NCBI GenBank assembly: GCA_963663385.2
Contig: CAXXXD010000004.1
Span: 384,001 to 448,000 of the forward strand
Reading direction: 5' to 3'
DNA: 64,000 bases
Origin: Oceanispirochaeta sp.
GTDB taxonomy: Bacteria; Spirochaetota; Spirochaetia; DSM-2461
Part shown: positions 58,002-64,000 of the stretch, piece by piece
Numbering within the stretch: position 1 is the stretch's first letter
Layout: each line of letters opens with the position of its first letter
The notes under the pieces: generated by a model
The model's database searches: none
Told to the model about the DNA's origin: nothing
What the model saw: only the letters and a program-made list of their open reading frames with translations
Made by a program: the position numbers and the translations under genes

Positions 58002-58574
58002 TCAGGAGGAAACTTCCCGGATCAGATCTTTTAAGGGAATTCTGGCTTCCGTAAAGGATCTGCCCTCCGGGGTTTTCAGGAACTCTCTGTTCAGACGCCC
58101 CAGGAGGAGGTTCCACTCCTCCATATTCATTACATCTTCGGGATCAAAGATATCTTCCATCATCTCTTCGCTGACTTCGGTGAAGTTATAATCACACCAG
58201 CTTATCTGCCACTCCGGATCATCCGGTTTAATCTGTATCCCCGCATCGTTATACTCTTCCGTCAGATACAGCAGGGGCAGACCGTGTGTCCGGCAGATCA
58301 TGGGACGGTAAGGGTAGAGGAGGCAGTGGTCGTGTTCCAGAAGAAGGCAGCGTTCTGTTCCCTCTTTTGGATGCAGAACCGGCTTCTTCTCCTGGATGAT
58401 CACTTTCAGGGCATACCATTCCAGAGGCAGGAGAGTAAGGTCCATACAGCATTCACTGCAGCCTTTCCGGCATTTCATATGGTCCCGGTAAATCTCTGTC
58501 AGTCTCAGAGCTTCCTCTTCGACATCCGCCAATAGGGTCCTGTAATCTTCCAGAATGGCTGCAGTTGTTTTCAT
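58002..58574 (-). CDS. YkgJ-family CxxxCxxCC cysteine-cluster protein
   Basis: 'CRKGCSECC' and 'CLLL...CLLYPYRPMICRTHG'. Confidence 0.88.
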   Translation of the reverse strand: MKTTAAILEDYRTLLADVEEEALRLTEIYRDHMKCRKGCSECCMDLTLLPLEWYALKVIIQEKKPVLHPKEGTERCLLLEHDHCLLYPYRPMICRTHGLPLLYLTEEYNDAGIQIKPDDPEWQISWCDYNFTEVSEEMMEDIFDPEDVMNMEEWNLLLGRLNREFLKTPEGRSFTEARIPLKDLIREVSS

Positions 58575-58583
58575 TTCTCTCCT

Positions 58584-60506
58584 TTACGAAAGGCCAAACA
58601 AATTCTTCATTGCTTCCCGGTTTTCCGGGCTGTGAAGGTCGGCTCCGTCTGGTCCGTACATACTTTCTATTTTATCCATATAGAAATCCCTTACCTTATA
58701 GCGTACCAGTTTCATGGTGGAATTGATCAGCTGATTCTTCTCGGAAAAGGGTTCCTCAATAATTGTAAAGCTTGAGGGGATCCATTGGGAAGGTATTTTT
58801 GTATCTTTTTTAAAGCTGAATACGGATTCGCCGATCATCTTCAGGGCATCTTCCGCGTTAGCTATTCCTTCAGACCGCAGTCCCGCTTTAACCGATTCCT
58901 CGTTCAATGTAATCAGCGCTGTCGTATATTTCCTCTGTTCGTTGTAAACCATAATCTGATTTACCAGGGGGCAGTTGTTGATTACGGCTTCCTCAATGGT
59001 TTCGGGGGAGTACTTTTCCCCGTCTGCCGCAATCAGAAGGGCTTTTGCTCTTCCTGTATTCACCAGGAAACCGTCCTTGTCGAAGTATCCGAGATCTCCT
59101 GTCCAGAGCCAGCCCTCGCGGAGTACTTCCTCACTGGCTTCCCTGTTTTTATAATACCCCTTCATGACATTGTCGCCGCGGATGACAAGTTCCCCCGGGG
59201 TTCCGGGAGCCGCCTCGGTTTCATTATCCTTCATAATCCGGCATTCAATAGAGGGCATTTTGATACCGGATGTTCCGAACTTATGTTTGGGAGGGGTATT
59301 GGTGCTTATTATAGGGGTGGCTTCTGTCAGGCCGTAACCCTGATAGATCGGACAGCCGATGGCATTGAAGAACTCCTGCTGGCTGATTTCAAGGAGAGCC
59401 CCTCCTCCCACACAGAAGGCCAGCTCTCCTCCGAATATTTTCCTGACTTTGGGGAAAACAAGGGTGTTGGCCAGGAAATAGGAGAATCCGTAGAGCAGTC
59501 TGGTAGCCGGAGGAGCCTTTCTGTACCCGTCTCTGTGGATTTTTATACCGGCTTCCACCCCTCTGGTGAATATGCCGTTAATAAAGGTCCCCTTTGCTGC
59601 AATCCCGGACTGTATCTTCTTCATGAAATTTCCCGTAAGGGCCGGTACGGTCAGGAGGAAGTAGGGCTTTACTTCCTCCAGGTTTTTGGGAATATTCCGG
59701 AGGATGGCCATTCCTCCTCCGCGGGCGTCGACGAAGTACATGGAAAGCCCCAGTCTCAGGCTGATATAGATTCCAACCGTATGAGCGAAGGAGTGATCCA
59801 GGGGGAGGATGATCAGGCTTTTTGCCCGTTCGGGAATGGGACAGGTCTTTACCGCATCCAGGCTGTTGGCCCAGTAGTTCAGGTGGGTCAGCATTATCCC
59901 TTTGGGGTTTCCTGTGGTGCCGGATGTATAGCTGATGGTGACCGTGTCATTTTCTGCAATATCTGCCAGGCGGTTTGCCAGTTCCTTTTCCACAGAGCTG
60001 CCGCAGGCTTCTCCTTCTTTCATAAAGTCACTGTACAGGATCAGATCTTTTCCCATGGACAACCCTGCGCCCTCCGCCTGCCGGGCAACTGTTCCAAGGT
60101 AATCCCCCAGTACAATAATAAGGGGTTTGTTATCAACATCCCTGAGGATATGGAGGAGTTTTTCCAGAGAATATTCAGATATGACTACACCTTTTGATTC
60201 GGAGTGGTTCAGCCGGAAGGGGATTTCCTCTTCCAGCAGTTTGATTGAGAGGGGGACAGATATACACCGGGCTTTCAAAATGCCGAACTCACCTATTACC
60301 CAGTTGCGGCGGCCTTCGGACAGAATGGCAATCTTATCCTCTTTCCGGAATCCTCTGGCAATAAGGGCTTTGGCAAAAACGGAGGATTCCTCCTCAACCT
60401 GTGAAAAAGTTCGGGGAACCCATCCGCTCTCCTCTTTTTCCAGAACATAGGGATCGTTCCTGTAGGTTACGGCGGCCTCTTTCAGCATATTCAGTACAGT
60501 TCTCAT
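58584..60506 (-). CDS. Long-chain fatty acyl-CoA synthetase (AMP-binding)
   Basis: 'YTSGTTGNPKG', 'GYGLTE', 'WTGDLG'. Start set to ATG 60506. Confidence 0.92.
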   Translation of the reverse strand: MRTVLNMLKEAAVTYRNDPYVLEKEESGWVPRTFSQVEEESSVFAKALIARGFRKEDKIAILSEGRRNWVIGEFGILKARCISVPLSIKLLEEEIPFRLNHSESKGVVISEYSLEKLLHILRDVDNKPLIIVLGDYLGTVARQAEGAGLSMGKDLILYSDFMKEGEACGSSVEKELANRLADIAENDTVTISYTSGTTGNPKGIMLTHLNYWANSLDAVKTCPIPERAKSLIILPLDHSFAHTVGIYISLRLGLSMYFVDARGGGMAILRNIPKNLEEVKPYFLLTVPALTGNFMKKIQSGIAAKGTFINGIFTRGVEAGIKIHRDGYRKAPPATRLLYGFSYFLANTLVFPKVRKIFGGELAFCVGGGALLEISQQEFFNAIGCPIYQGYGLTEATPIISTNTPPKHKFGTSGIKMPSIECRIMKDNETEAAPGTPGELVIRGDNVMKGYYKNREASEEVLREGWLWTGDLGYFDKDGFLVNTGRAKALLIAADGEKYSPETIEEAVINNCPLVNQIMVYNEQRKYTTALITLNEESVKAGLRSEGIANAEDALKMIGESVFSFKKDTKIPSQWIPSSFTIIEEPFSEKNQLINSTMKLVRYKVRDFYMDKIESMYGPDGADLHSPENREAMKNLFGLS

Positions 60507-60697
60507 AACTCCCTCTCTTAACAATTGGATGATTTATATTAACAGAAGCTTTATTTTTGTCAAATAAAATGAAGACCGGGAGCGCTCTCTGTTGAAAGGC
60601 CTTTGTCAGTGTTGAGGGTTTTTAACTGATTTCTAATATTTTTTTAACATTCCGGTGTTTGTATGGGTAAAGAGTATTTAATAATGAAGGCGAAAAA

Positions 60698-62473
60698 ATG
60701 AAAATAAGAATACAATCTATTGTCTTATTGCTGGCGGGGGGAATCAGTTTTTCCCTTTTCAGTACCTTTTATATTCATCACTATAATCAGACAAACAGGG
60801 CAACCCGGGATCTGCAGAGCCAGCGAAATGCCCTGATAGCTTTGAATGATTTTCAGGTAGCTGCCAATAATCAGGTTCTGTATGGTGTGGATCTTATCCG
60901 TACAGGTGATATTTCGGGAGAGAGGATTATCCCCTATCGTATGGCAGAGACGCATTTTTCAAGAGAGATTGAAAGACTGGATACTCTGCTGCTCAACGGG
61001 GAAGCTATCGATAAGATCCTGGAACTGAAGCGGAAAGGGGAAAAACTGGCGGCTTTGTGCAAAGAGGATATGATGGATCCCCTTTATTCCCATAAACCTC
61101 TCAAAGAAGGAATCATCGAACAGCTTATTTACAGGGAACTGGACGGGATTGTTACGGCGTCCAATTCCATTCGTTCGGAATTGAATGACCGGATAAGAGT
61201 AAAACTGCAGATTCAGACAAAGCAAAGTCAGAAGCTTGTTACAATTTATCTGCCGGTTTTTATTCTAATCCTTCTTTTTCTTTTCGCGGTTTTTTTTACC
61301 ATAATTCACCGGAGTATAACATCAATCAACCGGACTAAAAGTTTTTTAAGGAATCTTGCCTCGGGACAGTGCCGGCTGGATGTTGTTCTCCCGGTACAGG
61401 GGAGGGATGAGATCAGTGAGCTCTGCCGCAGTTTTAATGATTTTATGGGGAATCTGAATTCCAGACACCAGGCTCTGAAATCCATCGGGACGGAACAGGT
61501 TCTGGCGGGTGAGCAGTTAAAGCGCATCAGCCTTGAACATGCTTCGGCCCTGACCCAGATCAATCAGAGTCTGGACGCTGTGGACAGGCATTCCGGAGAA
61601 ATATCCGATCAGGTGGAATCCTCGGCGGGTGAGATAAACAGAATCGCCCGGTCATTGAATGTTCTGGAGGAAATGTCCCGGGAGCAGGAGCGGAGGGTTT
61701 CCGGTATGGCGGAACAGGGGCGGGAATTTCATAACTCCATGGCCCTGCAGCAGAGTGCGGTCGAACGGCAGATTGTTCTTACTGAAAAGGTGAAACAGGA
61801 GGGGATGAATAATAAAAAAATCCTGGAGCTGCTCAAAGTACAGATAGAGGAGATCCTCTGCCAGTCCGCGGATATTTCCGGTGCGATTCTGGCGATTCAG
61901 GATCTGGCGGACCAGACGGATATCCTTGCCATTAATGCTTCCATAGAAGCCGCTCATGCAGGGGCATACGGAAAAGGATTTGCAGTCGTGTCCGGAGAAA
62001 TGAGGTCTCTTGCCGATCAGATCCGCCAGAATACTGCAGCCGTGTCTGATCTGCTTACGGACTTGAACGGCAGGCTTCAGCTTATGGCTGACGAGGAAAA
62101 GCAGAACCGGGACTCTGTTAACAGATTGATCAATCAGAATCAGGATGCCGAAGAAGTTATCAGCCTGCTGGACGGGTCTATGGGAAAGATCCGCTCTATC
62201 ATCGGTGATTTTTTCTGTATTCTGGAAGAGGTCCGTACCGGTTCCGGGAAAGTGCATAATGAAACGGAATCCGTCCGGGCCAGCGGAAAACAGATAACTC
62301 TCCATATGGAGGAACTCCGCAGTAAACAGCGTGAGTTATCTACAGAGTGGCGTGAGATGTCTCTGGGTATGTCCCAGCTGGCCAGAGGAACCGGTACGCT
62401 GAATAATCTGAGCGAAGAGAACAGCCGGTTGTCCTCGACCCTGAACAGGGAAATCCGGATGCTGGGGAGCTGA
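60698..62473 (+). CDS. Methyl-accepting chemotaxis protein
   Basis: Two TMs, HAMP 'GRDEISEL' and tip 'QTDILAINASIEAAHAGAYGKGFAVVSGEMRSLA'. Confidence 0.92.
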   Translation: MKIRIQSIVLLLAGGISFSLFSTFYIHHYNQTNRATRDLQSQRNALIALNDFQVAANNQVLYGVDLIRTGDISGERIIPYRMAETHFSREIERLDTLLLNGEAIDKILELKRKGEKLAALCKEDMMDPLYSHKPLKEGIIEQLIYRELDGIVTASNSIRSELNDRIRVKLQIQTKQSQKLVTIYLPVFILILLFLFAVFFTIIHRSITSINRTKSFLRNLASGQCRLDVVLPVQGRDEISELCRSFNDFMGNLNSRHQALKSIGTEQVLAGEQLKRISLEHASALTQINQSLDAVDRHSGEISDQVESSAGEINRIARSLNVLEEMSREQERRVSGMAEQGREFHNSMALQQSAVERQIVLTEKVKQEGMNNKKILELLKVQIEEILCQSADISGAILAIQDLADQTDILAINASIEAAHAGAYGKGFAVVSGEMRSLADQIRQNTAAVSDLLTDLNGRLQLMADEEKQNRDSVNRLINQNQDAEEVISLLDGSMGKIRSIIGDFFCILEEVRTGSGKVHNETESVRASGKQITLHMEELRSKQRELSTEWREMSLGMSQLARGTGTLNNLSEENSRLSSTLNREIRMLGS

Positions 62474-62565
62474 TTTACTTTACACTGTCTCACCGGGTGT
62501 CAATATTGACGGAAGAGCTGCCTGAGGGGCATTTCCGGTCCATGGGGTCCTGATATTCCTTTTTA

Positions 62566-63048
62566 TCAGTTCAGTGACAGATTCCGGATTGTTTTAATCA
62601 TCTCGAACTTTTTTTTGTAATAATTCAGGACAGCCGTATAATGCTCCGGACTTTCTTCGTACTCTTCAAGTGACAGAATTATTGAACGAGTCGTTTTATC
62701 CAGTCGATTCAGTTCTGATTCAAGTCGTTTCAGTGTACTCCGTGGAATAGATCTACTATCCTCTGCCGCATTCAGGGCAACCGGTTTGAGCCTCTGATAC
62801 TCTTTCTCCATACGAATGATCCGTTCCAGATAGTCTCCATCCCGGGGGGCAGTGCTGTTCCCGAAGAAGAATCCGATAAAACTCCCGGTTAACAGTATCA
62901 GTACTGCTGCAGCTGTTATTACATAACGGTTCCAATACCAGTGTTTTCCGGCAGACCTGTTAAGCAGCTCCTTCTGAATTTCCGGCCAAAGATCTCTCTC
63001 CGGCGATACGGTTCCGGAGAGCAGGGAAAGGTCATAGTTTTTTTTCAT
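62566..63048 (-). CDS. Putative single-TM anti-sigma factor
   Basis: 'PERDLWPEI...' then a TM 'AAAVLILL'. Overlaps the ECF sigma stop codon. Confidence 0.65.
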   Translation of the reverse strand: MKKNYDLSLLSGTVSPERDLWPEIQKELLNRSAGKHWYWNRYVITAAAVLILLTGSFIGFFFGNSTAPRDGDYLERIIRMEKEYQRLKPVALNAAEDSRSIPRSTLKRLESELNRLDKTTRSIILSLEEYEESPEHYTAVLNYYKKKFEMIKTIRNLSLN

Positions 63049-63587
63049 CGTTTCAGCTCCCTGTTCAGGAGATTTTTTGCTTTGTGCAGGTGGGCTTTTG
63101 AAGTGCCCGGGGTTATTTTCATAATACCGGCAATCTCCCGATGGTTATACCCCATAAGATCATGGAGGATCAGTACGCCGCGGCAGCGAAAGGGCAGACC
63201 GGATATGGCGTTCTGCAGATCCAGACGTATAGCTGCTTTATCTGCCGGATCTTCTTCGGAAACCCTAATATCCCGATCCTGTAACGGGACTGGTCTTCTG
63301 TTCAGCTGCCTGCGTCTCCGGAGAATTTCATTCATAGAGAGCCGGTAGAGCCATGTACCGAAGGCGCTTTTCCCCCTGAATGTCTCTATTTTCCGCCAGA
63401 CCCGGATAAATATCTCCTGTGTAATATCCTCCGCCGCCTGAATCTCTCCAGTCATACGCAGGGCTAGTGTATAGACTCCATCTACATGAGTTCTATAGAG
63501 TTCTTCAAAGGCTTTTTTATTTCCCTGAGATGCTTCTCTTACCAGTGCTGATTCACTATCCTCTTCCAGCATTCCTGTTGCCTTCAA
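63045..63587 (-). CDS. ECF RNA polymerase sigma factor
   Basis: 'AEDITQEIFIRVW', 'FGTWLYRL', 'EIAGIMKITPGTSKAHLHKAK'. Confidence 0.93.
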   Translation of the reverse strand: MKATGMLEEDSESALVREASQGNKKAFEELYRTHVDGVYTLALRMTGEIQAAEDITQEIFIRVWRKIETFRGKSAFGTWLYRLSMNEILRRRRQLNRRPVPLQDRDIRVSEEDPADKAAIRLDLQNAISGLPFRCRGVLILHDLMGYNHREIAGIMKITPGTSKAHLHKAKNLLNRELKR

Positions 63588-64000
63588 TCACCCCTTACCA
63601 GAGAAATATGGCCGTTGATTGTGGAGAGGTATATTCGGTTACCCCCGTCTCCTGTGATGCCCTGTGCTGTAATGACACGGCGGACTCCGTTTTCTCTTTC
63701 AGCTGGGGTCGCTTCCCGTTCTTCAATCGTCAGATCGAAATCCGACAGGATATGAAAGTCCTTCAATCTGTGTCCGGAAATTTCCAGCACTATTTCAATA
63801 TCCATGCCCAACCCGTCAGGAACTGTCAGAGAGATATCGCCTCCCAGGGATTCCAGGGTGGCGTCTTTACCGGATTCTGTCGGATCACCTGTTATAACAG
63901 CGTTAATCTCTCCTCCAAGGGTACTGGCGTAGATACGGCCGTCAATTTCCCCGATTCTTATATCCCCGCCCAGAGTTTCGGCATTAACATAGTCGCCCGC
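63584..64000 (-). CDS. DUF4097-like beta-strand repeat protein, C-terminal part (5' end outside window)
   Basis: The frame is open to the window edge and contains repeats 'ETLGGDIRI', 'STLGGEINA', 'ESLGGDISL', 'STINGHISL'. Confidence 0.8.
   Translation of the reverse strand, partial: AGDYVNAETLGGDIRIGEIDGRIYASTLGGEINAVITGDPTESGKDATLESLGGDISLTVPDGLGMDIEIVLEISGHRLKDFHILSDFDLTIEEREATPAERENGVRRVITAQGITGDGGNRIYLSTINGHISLVRGD

Noticed and set aside
58785..60197. 470-aa + strand ORF opposite the acyl-CoA synthetase
   Set aside because: Antisense shadow with no recognisable domain.

Overview
A bacterial chromosome segment, most likely from a free-living anaerobic spirochaete (Spirochaetaceae-like). 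This is inferred from the 'FAxGxxD' N-termini of secreted proteins, the LysM/Ala-rich lipoprotein pair and the (LEE)n linkers. I found no rRNA, tRNA, CRISPR array, integrase or transposase. Contents: (1) 1-6162, a sugar ABC operon with a split GT-A-fold glycosyltransferase-like gene and a YesM/YesN-type two-component pair; (2) 6302-28878, housekeeping and signalling genes (MCP, YbgC thioesterase, DUF4230-like pair, FTR-like/glutaredoxin pair, HAD, split YD/MORN gene, hybrid kinase, thrH, uraA with an attenuator-like leader, CobW GTPase, a sigma54 two-component pair divergent from a GIN-domain gene, a Cache-GGDEF*-EAL protein); (3) 29042-34231, an unusual 2-oxoacid dehydrogenase operon (E2-E3-fused E1); (4) about 34.3-49.1 kb, a glycan-utilisation block (LacI, two ABC systems, GH27, AraC, GH4, two sulfatases) bounded by identical 49-bp direct repeats; (5) a Phd/VapC pair, then Fe-ADH-larA-gntR, an orphan kinase, LysM/lipoprotein genes, a PHP protein, YkgJ, an acyl-CoA synthetase, an MCP and an ECF sigma/anti-sigma/DUF4097 set. 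Best leads: a possible 2-hydroxyacid epimerase/dehydrogenase/oxidative-decarboxylation pathway split by the repeat-flanked block, the non-PyrR attenuator-like uraA leader, the 49-bp repeat with an anti-SD loop, and a -1 frameshift at a G_GGA_AAA heptamer. All protein calls come from motifs read by eye, not from database searches.
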